DNA of 64,000 bases from assembly GCA_965113315.1 (NCBI GenBank), contig OZ220372.1. The stretch is one strand, 5' to 3'. The notes below the pieces were generated by a model. It did not search any database, was not told the DNA's origin, and worked only from the letters and a program-made list of their open reading frames with translations. The position numbers and the translations under genes are program-made. Numbering within the stretch: the stretch's first letter is position 1; the number at the start of each line of letters is the position of its first letter. The stretch is from Podarcis vaucheri (taxonomy: Eukaryota). This document shows positions 22,061 to 35,517 of the stretch, piece by piece.

Positions 22061-25000
22061 TCTTTCATTTCTCACCTTATTCTTCTTTCTTTCTGCCTGT
22101 TCCTCTCACTTCTTTCCACAATGGCTCTTTGTTCCACATGCTTTCCCTCTCACAATACCACATGCATATATTTCTTTTCATAACTAAAGAAATCAAAATT
22201 TGCTAGGTGTACAGCCATGTTGTGGTGCACTAGTGTAATGGTGCAAATTCACACCAAAATCTGAAAGCAAACAAGTAAAGTCCTGATCTGAAAGGCAGGG
22301 CAATACAATCTCTCAACAGACAGATTCAGCTGAAGAAACCAGAAAATGGAACATAAGGGATAATGACTCATGGATGTAGTTTCACACTCCTCATGAATCC
22401 TTCATATATTCACCCTCTATGTGGCTGTGCCTTGGGCAAGAACTTTTATTTAATCCATCTAGAATGAACTGGGATGCTCACATTTCTGACATGACTCTTC
22501 CAAAGTTAAACACTGCAGAAGGCATTCCAAAAAACGAGAATCAAAGATGTGTTTCCTGACTGCTAAATCTTAAGCTTCAATAAAGTGATAGTTCTGGCTT
22601 TGTCTTTTGGGCATCAATCCAATGACAGGTGATTTAAAGCACTGATCAATATGCTACTATGCCATTTCACACAATGAGAACATGTGACCTGGAGGTTACA
22701 AGGAAAATCTGTTTCTCATTAGTTTTATCCTAAGCCATGCACTAGTCTGTCTTTTACATATTTGACAGCTCAAACAAGAGTTTAACAAGACAAAGATGTT
22801 GCTAGGTTCAATAATGCAGAAAATAGTTTTTTTATCTTCCAAATGTTTGTTTTTGGCAACACTTGAAAAATCAGAAATGTGAGATTGTGATGGGGCAGAG
22901 GAATAGTCCATGTGATGTATTATTTTCCCCCCCTCTTTGTTTATTTCCTCTGCTGTTCTAAGACAGCATTTTCTCCAAATAAATATACAGTGGAAATTAT
23001 ATGTCATATATGAAGGGAGTAAAAAGTAAAAAGAGGTTTGCTTCACAGAAACAATTTTCATATATCAGTAGTATATAATTTAACAAAATTAATAATACAG
23101 TGTCCCATTAAAAGGTCTCATGAACTCATGACATCAAGACACTTAGTTCATGTGAACAGAAACAGTAGGAACAAGCAATGTATCTGAACTGTATCTTTGA
23201 AGAAATAAGATATCCCCATGAAGACTTTTCTACTGAAATCAATGGGACTTAAACTCTTCCTTGTAAGTTTGACCTCGTTATGTTCTTACAGATTCTCAAA
23301 TAAAGCTGAAGTAACTGAAATGCCTTTAGGGATCTTTTAAAACTTTTGATTGGGTGCTGTTTATGCTTGTCAAGAAGGCAACATTGCTACTCTTACCTAG
23401 AATGTCTAAGTGGTGGCCTACAACAAAATGTTGCATTGTGAAGTGGTTGTGTTCAGGGTTCCAGACACCTAAATCTGCTTACACAAACACTGTTCCCCCC
23501 CTCCTTGTTTGCCCAGCCTTTAGTCAGTACCCGTTGGGCTGTCGAATTTATTTGGAGGGGCCCGGTTGCTGGGGGATACACATGTACAGCATTTAAGCTC
23601 CAATGAATTCTCTTATTTCCCCATTCATGTATATGGCCGTGTCTCTCTTTCGTCCCTGTTGGTATTTAAATATAGCTTCTCAGCCTAACCTAGGAAGTGA
23701 CCTATCTGTAGAAGGAGCTGGCTCCTCCTACCACAAACATGTTTATTTGTTCTCCTTTCTCAGTCACTCCATTCTAGTCCTCCTTTCCATCCAGTTGTCA
23801 TGTTTTTCTCTCACTGAACCCAATTCAATGTATTTGGGCTATTATGGAACTCTTTTGGGGAATCTCTGCCCCTTTAGGATATTTTCCTCTAAAAATTTAT
23901 CATACCTTCAGTTTACGCTGAGTCTAGCAATACCTCTCTTTTGTCCACAAGTAGTGTGGTTTTGGCTACATAAGCATGAGTATGGGGATTCTCAGATATG
24001 CAGTAGTACATGTTTCTTCAAAGTCAAATTGCATACTGTGAATGGTATAACGGGGGGAAATAAAGTATTAAATACATTCTAAAAACCTTTTAATGTCCAT
24101 CTTATGCACTTTCCATTCAGTTTTCCTAAACTAAGCATATATTCTACAGTTTCTTCCAAAGCAGTCTGCTACTGTGTTTTCTGTGGTAAACAGGAATGAA
24201 ATTTTAAAATGGTTTCCTGAGTGGTTTCTATTAAGTGCCCATTGGCTTACCCTGGCAAAATCCCCAAGCCACCTAAAGTCCTGAAACCCTCAGAAAATTC
24301 TGTGTTAATGTAATACCTGTGGAAAATGAAAATTATTCAGGGAAAACACACACCCTTGTTTACATGACCTACACTATACAGTATATGTGAACTTAACTGC
24401 ATATTGGCCTCCACAGCTGATGGATATGAATGATTTTTCTCCCTTCGGCAATCATTATTTAACCATTACCTTTAGCAACACAAGCCCAAGTAGTTATTTG
24501 GATCTGCATCTCCCCCCCCCCCCCCAATTCTAAGCATGACATGATTGTCCACATAGTGTAACATGACCTGGGAAGATATAGTCAATTGCTTCCCAGCCTG
24601 TAAAAATGCATGTAGGATCACCATGTAGTATTTTTGTCAAGGCTGATAGGATTCTCTTTCATTCCCCCCCCCCCGCTACAATCAATCTCTTATACCATCA
24701 CAGCTGAAAATATTTTTCTCTCATTATGTCAGCTTTTTAACTTTACCCCTTTCTGCTATTATTTAGAAAATTTTCAAGGAAGAGAAAATCATCATGTTTA
24801 AGTATGCCTTTTAATCAGAATGATTACACAGGAATTTTCATTCTTTTTAAATAATTTAAACATGTACCATCTAAGAGACTTTGACACCCGCCCCCCCCCC
24901 CCCCGCCGGTCCATTGCCCTAGTTCAAATTTAATTTCAAGGATTCTAAAGAAGGAGTAGTCATTCCCTTACTTTTGCTGCTTAGCAATTTTCTCTTCGAT

Positions 25001-28000
25001 GCTTCTCTTGATATCCTTGCTTTTTAATTTTATCACATTATGCTAAGGATTGCTTCTATGAAAATAATGGAAAATGCTACCTGAGTCTATGTTCAATGTC
25101 CTGTTTTACTGGCACTTAAACTTTAGTAGGGAAGAGTGACTTCATCCAATCACATGTGCTGGACCCTTGCATATCTTGCCGTATTATATCAAATGTCTAT
25201 CTGGATCCAGTAGGCTATGAATTCATCATTGCAAGAAGAAACAGTCCCAGCCACTTTAAAAGAGGTGATAATTAGATTGTCTTGAAAAACAAACTAGCCT
25301 AGACCTATTAACAAGTCCAAGATGGTCACAAATATCCCCTTCCTAAGTAAGGTATTTGACTGGGTGATCTAGTTCTAGATTCTCATGGATAACGCTGATT
25401 TTCTATTTTAGTTGGGTTTTCTCTATTTGAGTTGGGTTTCAGGCCTGGTTTTGGAATGGAAAATTTCTTTGTTGCCCTGTGGGATGACTTTTGCCAAGAA
25501 GTGTGCAAGGAATAGTAAAAAGGAAAAGGTGACGCCTTTTAAATTTTATTTTATCACACCTTTATAATAGGCATATTTGTTTGGCACTTTTAAATAACTG
25601 CACCAAGTTCTTCGCCCTGGCTGGTTTTATGGTGGTTTGCATTTATGCTGCTCTGTTTATGCTGGCTTTTAGATAGTTTCTCTACTGCTGGTTTTATTGT
25701 TTTAAACTTTGGATTGTATAATAAAAATGCATTATACATCTTATACATAAGACGCTGCAAACAACTTAGTTATATGGGTAGTATATAAATGTGATTAATA
25801 AATACTATCATAAGAGTACTGACACATTAGTTGAGTATAGTACATGTGTCACAATAATACATGTGTCAGTAAGTGCAATTTGCATCTTATTAAATGTGGA
25901 CTGCAAATAGAAACACCCCTTTCCCCACCTGTGTGAAGGAGGATGTCTTACACTGCTCTGTTATGTCTTATATGACTTGTCTTGTTTTCAGTCTTAGACT
26001 CCTGCCTAGAACTACAATTCCCTCTTCTGCTATTCTAGGGTTGGTTCAAGCATGTGAAAGGGAATTCCCATACATCTTCATTTTCAGGCAGGTAGCTCAG
26101 CTTACTTGTTCAGGTCTGGAGTGCAATTATGGTAGTCCTCATGATTCAAGGTTTGAATCAGAGCTAATAAAAATGTTTCCACTTTAAGATTTTTATAGAC
26201 ATGGGAATCTTTCAACAGCTACAGGCAAACATGGACACGTTTCTCAAAAGAGACTGATATGCTAACCCCAAAGAAAAATATAAATACTATATTTCAGAAG
26301 CTTGAGGAACATTTTGAGGCTCAGCTCAAAAATGAAAATAAGTACAGACTACTCCTCAAATTGCACTCCCTTTCTAGTCTCTTTCTCCTGCTGGACCTAA
26401 CCATCTCTTCCTTGTTCTTATGTTTATTTTCTTTTAACATTTCCTTTTTCCTGTTGTCTCTGCTTGGCAGCAGACACATAAATTATCTACTTGAATGGCA
26501 TCTTTCTTTTCCTCAATTCTCTCCTGAACAATAAGCCCCCTTAGGATGAAATATTTTAAAAGGAGCCAAGTTCCTGGAACTTGGAAGCTAAAGAAGAAAC
26601 GAAAGCCAATATACCACCTCATCTGCAGATTGGTAAACTTCCAGAATTTTCCACTCTAGTATTCTTCTTAACCATGGTAATAGGACAATTAAAGTAAACC
26701 CAGACTTCTGTTTAGATCTTCCACCTTCCTACCTGGAAGGATCACAGTGATACAAGAGACAGCAATGTACAAAGGGAGATGTCAGGAGCCAAATTCATCA
26801 TCCTACAGTTCAAAATCTGCACAAGCTGTCCACTTTCCTTAGCACCTGGAGGATGGCAACAACACAGCCTATCCGAGAAGATACATAACTCAGAGCATTA
26901 ACATAAAATTCCAGGCATGCATTTTTTAAAGTTTTATACCATTTGTATGAATTTGTAAAAAGAATTCCAGTGTGGGAAGAAGACCTCCCACTGACACCAT
27001 GGCAAAAATCCTAGACTTCTGTCTTGGCTATAAATCACAAAAAGAAATACACTTTCCTCACAATGTGAAGAAAACACTGGTTTCACTTTCCTATATTTCC
27101 TTGTGTAATATAGCCAGATTTTCGTCCCTAAGATGCCCAACATAATATAATGTTTATTGCCCTAAACTGTCAGAAATTGTTTCTCTTTAGCATTCTTCTG
27201 TCAATCAGATTCCAGTTGCTTAACTTCACGCACAGAGACTATTCTGAAAGCAAATGTAAAACAAAATTCTCTCATGAATATCAAAACATTTTCAACTACT
27301 TCTAAAAAATTGCCTATTTTTTCCTCCCAGGCCTGGTCACTATTGACATTTCAGACAGAATCATAAGCCAATAGGTACAAGGTTAACCAAGCCAGTTGCT
27401 ATGGCAATGGCCCAGTGCTGTCTATATAAGTGATTAAGGCATGTCAGTTCAGCGTTGCCGGGATCTTGGGTCTATGTGTCAGAGTCAGTCTTTGAGTCTG
27501 TCTGTGAGCTGGAGTCTGTGTTATGCCTTGAAACTGGAGCAACAGAAATACTTTGAACTTGTATACAAGCTGTATGTATATATGAACATCTGGAACTGTA
27601 TTACTGAAGCTTTATCTTCTGCAGCAGTAAACTGTTTTGGACCTTAAGGCGCCTCTACATGGTGACTAGAACTGGGGACAACTTCCGCTACATGGGTACC
27701 TCACCTCAGATTTCCAATATTAATGTAATAATAGCTCCTGGCTATTCCCCAAGTGATCCACAAGAACATGAGATGGGCTCAAGCACCAGCTGTTCTAGTG
27801 TGTTATCAAAAGACATGATGGTATATCAACAGATTAGGTGATGCCAACAGACCATAGTGCAAACAGGTGAGATAATGGATGTTTGCTTTACTCTATTTTA
27901 GCATGCCATCACTCAGTGATTCCCTAATGAGATCCTCCGATATGTACCTACTTCCTGCAGAAACACACAAATTGCTGACTGTGATCTGAATTGTAAACTG

Positions 28001-28091
28001 AGTCGATTAAACAGAAAATACAAGTACCTCTCAATGTAACCCATTTCTTCTCCCCAACCCACCTAATATAAAAATGTGTTTGTCATCACTA

Positions 28092-28333
28092 CAGTGGTAC
28101 CTTGGGTTACATACGCTTCAGGTTACATATGCTTCAAGTTACAGACTCCGCTAACCCAGAAATAGTGCTTCAGGTTAAGAACTTTGCTTCAGGATGAGAA
28201 CAGAAATCGGGCTCTGGCGGCGTGGCAGCAGCAGGAGGCCCCATTAGCTAAAGTGGTGCTTCAGGTTAAGAACAGTTTCAGGTTAAGAACGGACCTCCGG
28301 AATGAATTAAGTACTTAACCTGAGGTACCACTG
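28092..28333. mobile_element. pogo/Tigger-like MITE
   Basis: TA|cagtggtacc...ggtaccactg|TA; same family as 50673-50898 in the opposite orientation. Confidence 0.88.
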
Positions 28334-28393
28334 TATTAACAATTGTACAATATAATACATAAGAGAAAAATAAACCCCACAATTTAGAATTAC

Positions 28394-28561
28394 CTGTGCC
28401 TGATCAACAGACAGATTTTCATCATAGTCATATAGGCTATCCAGATCTTCCAAACCAACATCATATGTTTCAGAGTCATAAGTTACAGGACTCCTTGTAG
28501 GACCAGCCAAAACAGCATCAAAGAAAAAAAAATGCATGAAAATATTTGCAATGGCCTTCAT
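28394..28561 (-). CDS. EPYC: Epiphycan first coding exon (MKAIANIFMHFFFFDAVLAGPTRSPVTYDSETYD...VDQAQ)
   Basis: ATG at 28561, acceptor at 28573-28574, gtaatt donor; signal peptide and YDSETYD motif. Confidence 0.93.
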
Positions 28562-30891
28562 TCTTCAGTCTCCTAGAGGAAGAGAGCATATACGTGATTA
28601 TTAAAAATATAAATGCAAATATCATATGAAATATTATGCATAGGTTATTGAATACTATTAACTAGAAATGTGATGAGCTAAGGAGTTTTACAAATAATTT
28701 GATGTGTGTATACACAGTAATCGGTCACATGAGCCATGATGGAAATCAGGAGAGTGCAACACTTCAGAGAGAAACATTTTCAAATGATACTTATTCTATT
28801 TAGACATTCTACTTCAGCATATATAATTGGAATTGTTTGTTAAGTAAACAATATACATACTTGTACAACTGGATGTATAAGGGCAACATTCCCAATTATA
28901 CACTACTCTAAAAGTGATAAACTTTGGCTCCATGGTTAAGAAGTCCTGATGGGATTCATATTGCCTCCTTTGCGGTCAGTGGACATCACAGGTGCATAGC
29001 TGTGCTCCATCGCTATGTTGGTCGAGACTCTTAGTGGGGTGGTTGTACAGAGCAGGTTGAATACATTAGGAAGAGTGATCACCTGGATCCAGAAATCAGA
29101 GGATACTCTAGGCCTGCTCTCCCCACTTCCCGCTCAGCTTCTTTCAATACTTTGGATTGTATTTTAGTGTTGTGGTCTCCTGTAAGAGACTGCTACCCTA
29201 TAGCATCAGGTGCTCCCCTGATAGCTAGGAGTCCAGCACATATACCTAAATAGATACAGTGTGGTTATGGGATAAAGCCAGACCCCCATATGGCTGAAAT
29301 GGGACTAATCTGTTCATAAGCATGGGCTCAGGCCACGAGATTCTGGGCTAGAAGTACGCTGCCTAAAATCTATACTGCACAATAACTCATCTAGAATATT
29401 CTTCCTGGTTCTGCAATGAGTGACTCCAGGTTCATGCACATGTTGTTCCAATGGGCTGAATGCAAGTTCTGGTGGCAATGTGAATGCAGCCCATGAAACT
29501 GGATTTTGAACTCACAGAGCCTCTGCAAGCTTAAGCGTGCTGGATTGGGCTAGGTTATAACTATATTGTTTACAATTGTTTTATTGAAATCTAAAGTAGA
29601 TCCGGAACACTGGTTTGAATTTTGTTTAAAATACTGGCCACTGCCCAACTAGTTAGTCACCCTTAAGCCAAAGTGGAATCAATGTGCTTTGTTAGTTGCA
29701 ACTAACTTGTGCCAAGCACAAATAGCTTTAGTTGGATAGGAGCCATGTGGTCTGAACATTAACAGTCTTCTCTTATCATTTTAAAGCAATGCACACCAAA
29801 TTTTAAATACCCCTCCCCCATCCAATTTTCAATCTTCATTGTATCATTCACATACATTGAGGGATTTATATGGGGAAAGTGTGAATACACACACACATGC
29901 ACACACTGTATTTAAACTGAGAAAGCAGCACATGACTTTTTACACATTTAGAAGCTGTGCTTAAAGAACAGCACACAGTGTATGATATTAGAAATTCATG
30001 AGACAATTTGTCTTTTGAGGTTCCCTAGACTGAAACAAACTGATATTAAGCCTCTTGAAAGAAGGCCTTTGTGAAGCAGGTTTACACATGGAGGCATGAA
30101 ATTCCAATGGGAATGGTGAACAGCACAAGGCGCTCATTTTTCTCTTGTACACTTTCCAGTTTTTTTAGCTACCTAGAAGACATAACCTACAGCCGGCAGA
30201 CTCTCTTTGCCTATAACCAAGGGTTAACTGTATTGCGTTTTTCAGAACTGATTTATTTACAGTGTTAAAGGTTTGTCTAAAGAGTTGCTCTACAGATATG
30301 TTATTATGCTGATAACTTAGGAACCTCTTATACGTCAATGAACTTATTTGGAAATTTTTGTAATAAATAGTATAAGGACAGTCTAACTTGGTTATTTTTT
30401 CTGTTTATTTAGATTTCCAAACAGTGTGTTGATTTGTTCATATTGTAGCTTGTACTGTTTTTACTACTGCTCATATTGTCTAGAACTTCTAATTTGCAAA
30501 GTAGTTGATTTTTTGTTGTTTACATTCTCACAAGGAGCTCTGAAGTAAGTCCCTGACTATCTAAATGTGTAAATGTAATGCTGAAACTGAGAGACTGTGT
30601 CTTTGAACACATGACTGGACCCATGTCTTCCAGATCCAAAACCATCACACTACCCACTGAACATACTGTTTTGTTTTACTGGAAGAATAAGAGTTTGGAC
30701 CTGGCAAAAGAGGATATTATATCATATTACTATTTTATTGTTTTATTATATAATTTAGATTACATTTACAAATAAAGAAATATAATCTAGCATTTTGGAG
30801 CATATTTGGCTGTTGAAGACTACATCTAAAGAAAAAAAACCACACTAATCTCTCTCATATACGGTATATATGTCTCTGTATATGTGTTGTA

Positions 30892-30916
30892 TACACACAC
30901 ACACACACACACACAC
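30892..30916. repeat. (CA)n microsatellite
   Basis: Directly visible. Confidence 0.9.
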
Positions 30917-31237
30917 CTGTAAATCTGCTTGGTCCACTAAAAACTGCTTGTGAAATCTGTGTGTCTCTGTACGCCTTTTAGAGTATAAGCAAAATATTGG
31001 AACATACTGTAATTACACTGGCATCTACAAGAGCTGTCAAATATTTTGATGCCAATAATGTATTACTCTCTCACAGGAAGGTACTAAGAAATAGCCATAT
31101 AAAAATAACATAAGGTACATTTTTATAATTCTAATTCTTCTCAAAATATTAAAATGTGTTGCTTAAAAATAGCTTCTGCTTTTTTATATATAAAAAATCC
31201 AGATGCTAATCAATAAAGAAAGAAAGAGAAAACTTAC

Positions 31238-31315
31238 CTTTGGCTCTTGCTTTCTCAAATGGCACAGAATTACTCAATGCAGAGCCTGTGGTATTTGACC
31301 CTAACCAATGGCAGT
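31238..31315 (-). other. EPYC: Putative non-coding exon 1 of EPYC
   Basis: Strong donor AAG|gtaagt at 31238/31237; sequence resembles the mammalian EPYC 5'UTR as recalled (gccattgg...caaataccac...gctctgcat...agagccaaag). Confidence 0.65.
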
Positions 31316-32279
31316 GGGGTGCCTGGTTTGTGGGAGGGTGGTACAGGAAGCTCTAATCCTGAGAAAATTATTGGTGCTTAAACACCTTCATATCACAATT
31401 TCTGAAAGAAATCTACGTGCAAAAGCTAATGATGTAACTGGGTGCAATTTGTTTTTGCAGAAAGAGGATTTTAAAACCCATTACTGCACCAGCTAATACA
31501 TCATTCAGCATTTCCAAAAATAAACAGAAAGCTCTGAACACTTGAGCCTGTGTTTTTTAAGCCTAGTAGTAAAAAAAGGAACAACTAAACACATTGTTAT
31601 ATAGTTTCTGTTAGTATTAATACAATTATTTATTATTTTATTATGCCAAATGAACATTTGGTGTGCAAAGTGTGTTTCAGGAAATATTTACATCCATCCT
31701 CTTAACAAGAAACTTGAGAAATACGATAATATTTTCACTAGACATTTGAGCAACTGAAGCTAAGAGGAAATGACATCCTCAAGGCCATCCAAAGAGCTCA
31801 GGGCTCAGTCGTTTGACCCAATTATCCCCAAATTAAAACACTGCAATAACTTCAGTCTAATCACCAGAAGGATTTTCCTCTTCGCTAATTATGATTATAA
31901 ATGAAACCCAGTGCAGTGCATTCCACACAATGCGTATTTTAATCCCAAAAATCGCAACTGGAAATCATTTGGTAGGGTTTCACATGTTTTACCACATTTT
32001 AGCTCCTATTGTCTCTTTGCAAGATGCTTTTCACAGTGAAACACATGCCTGCCATACTCAGAAATTGCTCTGGATTGACCAACACTGGTGCATGAGAAGA
32101 TGCCAAGCAAGCGGTGTTCATTTTGCAGCCCTTGGTAGCTAGCTGACGTTCCCCGGAGTATTCGAAATAAATGTACACATATCTTTCTTCTTTAATCTTT
32201 AATCCAGCTAGTGTAGAATGCAGCTGCTAAACTGGTAAGCGTGGCAGCCCTATGGAGCCATCTGACATCAGGCTTGAAA

Positions 32280-32760
32280 GCACACAGTGACCGTCAGTGT
32301 GGGCCCAATTCAAGGTGTTAGTACTAACATATAAGGCCCTACATGGCTTGGACCCAGTACCTAAAGGTGTCTTTCCCAGTATCATCTATCTTGGATCCTA
32401 GAATCAGTAGGTGAGGGCTTGTTGGTACTGTTACCACACGGAGATGCCTGTTTAACAATGATCTGTGACAGGGCCTTGTCAGGGGTGGTTCCCCATTTGC
32501 AGACTGCCTTTCTAAGTGAAGAGCATCTCTCATTACTGATTTGCAGGATAATTTTTTGTTTAAAACATTCCAATTGACCCTGCCATTTGATGGCTGAAAG
32601 ACATCCAGGTAACCCTGAGATTGCTGATGGGAGTATATTTTTAACTTTTTTTAATAGAATGTTCATAAACTATTTTTAGTTTTCTTTTGTAATGTTTTCT
32701 TAGTGCTTGGTATGCTGCCCTGGGCTCCTTCGGGAGGATGGGCAGAATATAAAATAAATA
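32280..32760 (+). mobile_element. Degraded L2 LINE 3' fragment
   Basis: 'gggcccaattcaaggtgtta...ataaggccctacatggcttgg' and a typical L2 3' terminus. Confidence 0.65.
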
Positions 32761-35440
32761 ACAGTGACAACTGTTGCCAGCTTTGTCAGGTTTTGTACTG
32801 CACGTAGAACACAGCACCTGCTAGTCTGGTCATCTTTTGGCATCTTTCCCTACACCTCAGTCAGCAAAGTGCCTTAGTGAAGGCATGGAGAGGAACTGAA
32901 AATGTTTGTCCACAAAGTTTGTTCCTCAGTGATCCTGGGGGCACAGACTTCCTTCCGAGTAACAGTGACTTTGGTGACATGTTGGTGAAAGGGGCCCACA
33001 CCATAATGCTGGCAGTCCTTCCGGGTGTAGGAACTTCAGCAACTGGGCTTTTCCACAGCCACTTCTCCTCAGCAGGAACTGTGGCACTTTTGCAATGACG
33101 GCCATTGCTCTCTCAAGGCACAGCCTTCTCAATGCCACATCCACCCGCACCCTGGGTATGAGATAGGTCTCCTGCTTCCCTACTAATAGACTAAATAACT
33201 AACAAGCTCTCTCAGTTGCCCTGTGATGTTTAGATAAAGGGGGATATAGAAAACAAATAAACAAATGGGCCCCCCTTCTTCCCCCACCCTCTTAACCTAG
33301 ATGGGGCTGTCATTTCTTAAACGGGTCACAGATTGTATTGGAGAAATACAATTCATTTAACCAAATAGTAGCAAACAGAAGTGTTCAGGGTAAACAAAAG
33401 AAAATACACAAGTGCGCCCCATATAAAGAGAAGGCCTTGTAGTATAGTTTAAAAAAACAAAAAAAAGTAATGAATTCTAGCTGAGGCCTAGTTAAGCCTG
33501 AACTCTGCAAGATATTTCCTCATCTCTGAGAGGCCTGCTTGCTAAGTAATTATTTTGAGATCTCCCTTTTCTCTCTCCAAAGTACTGTATATTGTTTGTC
33601 AACATTGATGCGGCCTTGTCCTTGTGCGAATCCCAAACCAATTCCTCCCCACAACTCAGGCTGTAAAGCATCAAGGTATATTTCCAATGGCTTGATGTAG
33701 GTGAACTGTAGGTGACCTCAGACTACTTAAATCACTTTGCAGTTTGAACAAAGGGAGCTTGCACTGAATATTTACTGGATGCTGGTGGGCATTTATGTCT
33801 TTTTTAAATCTTTCCCCCTTGCAATCTCATCTCACTAGCTCCCTCAGTCTTAGTTACTTCTCTTTCCTCACACCCAACTCTAGCTCTAACCCTGATAATT
33901 CTCCCCTCAGAGTGTACATAACTCCTCCTTTGCGGGGGTGCCATTTCAGGGTGGGAAGAAGAGGGCTTATCTTGCAAGGAAAGGAAACAGGTTACTCCAA
34001 ACTAGTTTTCTTCAGGAAAGCAGAAAGACAATTGTAATAAATGGGCTTCAGGTTGATAAATGGCTTGAGTGCAGCACAACAAGCAGAATCACCTGGATTC
34101 TACCAGCTGAAGCAGTAACTGTGGTGACAAAGCTATAACCGGGTATTTTATTAATTGTATTTAAAGTTCTGAAACATTTATATACATGTGGTGTGGTGCA
34201 ACTTCCCAAACGTATCCTACATTTAAATATCCAGGAGATAGTGAGCTGCATTGACATTTAATTTCACTACTCAAAGGAATGGCTGCCACATGCACACAAA
34301 TACACAAATCTTCCTGCAGTGGCTTCACTATTTCATATGTTAATCTTAATTAATCTAGAGTAAGGACTTGTTGACATTACTAATGTTGTTGTTGCTTCTT
34401 GCATTTTGCAGAGTATAATGGACAAAATAATCCCAACTAAAGCAATGAATTATTACATGCTTGATGCCAATAGATGACCATGTGGAAGCAATCATTAGGT
34501 GGTGCAATTTAAAGTTGTTTCCATGTGGCATCTACAATGAACAGGTTTATCTTCCTTCACAGATGTAAGGAATTAGATTAAAAGAGAGTGTTGGGCTGTG
34601 CTCATGACCTGGTTGCCAGAGGAACTAGGGAACACAGCCCAAAGAGATTGTCTTCACAGCTGCCATATATAAGCAGTCAAAGATTAATAACTGTTGGAAT
34701 CTAAAGAGCTACAGTAGGTGAGGTTCAAAAGAATTAGTTACTTTTTATTTCGCAAGTAGTTATAATCCTGACAACAGCATTAGTAACTATTCCACCGTCT
34801 TCAGTTTTTCTATTGGTATGTTCCGAAGCTACACTCAACCAACTTCCAAGTCCTAACATTGCCTTGTTTCCCTAAACCAGGCCTAGTTGAATGGATTTTT
34901 CTGGAAACTGGGTTCTGAAAAAGAAAATGCAGTTTCACAAAAGATACCCAATACAGCAGATCTAAAAGGACATTGATTACAGGTAAGAATGTCTACTTCT
35001 TGTATTCAAACCTCTTCTTCATTGTAATAGTACTGATAGTGCACCATTGATATGCATGGCACTCACTGTACAGGTCCCTGTCCCACACAGTTTACAATCT
35101 AAAATTTAACAAAGGGGAAGAAAAGTGAGATAAACGTGCCTCTAACAGGGAAAGAATATATGCTAATGTATTTTTCACATCCTGGGACTTAGCTTATATA
35201 TGGAATAAGTACTAAACAATCCCTTAGATACATATTCTTTAGATATGCCACTTCACTATAATTATATGAAAACAGTGTCTTTTAAAAACTAATAATATGG
35301 TTGCCTTTTTAGTAGATTGATGATGCTTTCTTGTGTTCAAATGCTTCACTTTGGATGATTTGGAATGAGAAAATCTGTTGCTGTGCTCCATTTTGTTTTG
35401 TTTTTACAACCACAGTATGTTTCAGATTATTGAACTGTAG

Positions 35441-35442
<2 letters not shown>

Positions 35443-35478
<36 letters not shown>

Positions 35479-35517
35479 TGTCTGTGTGTCTGTGTGTCTG
35501 TCTATCTATCTATCTAT
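35443..35517. repeat. (GT)n/(GTCT)/(CTAT)n compound microsatellite
   Basis: Directly visible. Confidence 0.9.

Larger units (their letters stand above)
10925..31315 (-). other. EPYC: Epiphycan gene span (class III SLRP): 6 coding exons plus a non-coding exon 1; 951-nt CDS, 316 aa
   Basis: Coding exons of 168/154/159/203/96/171 nt join in frame. Signal peptide, CX2CXCX6C cluster, LRRs. Confidence 0.93.

Noticed and set aside
23603-24082. 159-aa + strand ORF in an EPYC intron
   Set aside because: No homology or motif; composition is typical of a chance intronic ORF
31580-31598. Possible paired SOX9 site upstream of EPYC (aacaact-aaaca-cattgtt)
   Set aside because: One half-site is poor and such matches are frequent in AT-rich DNA; not supportable without conservation data
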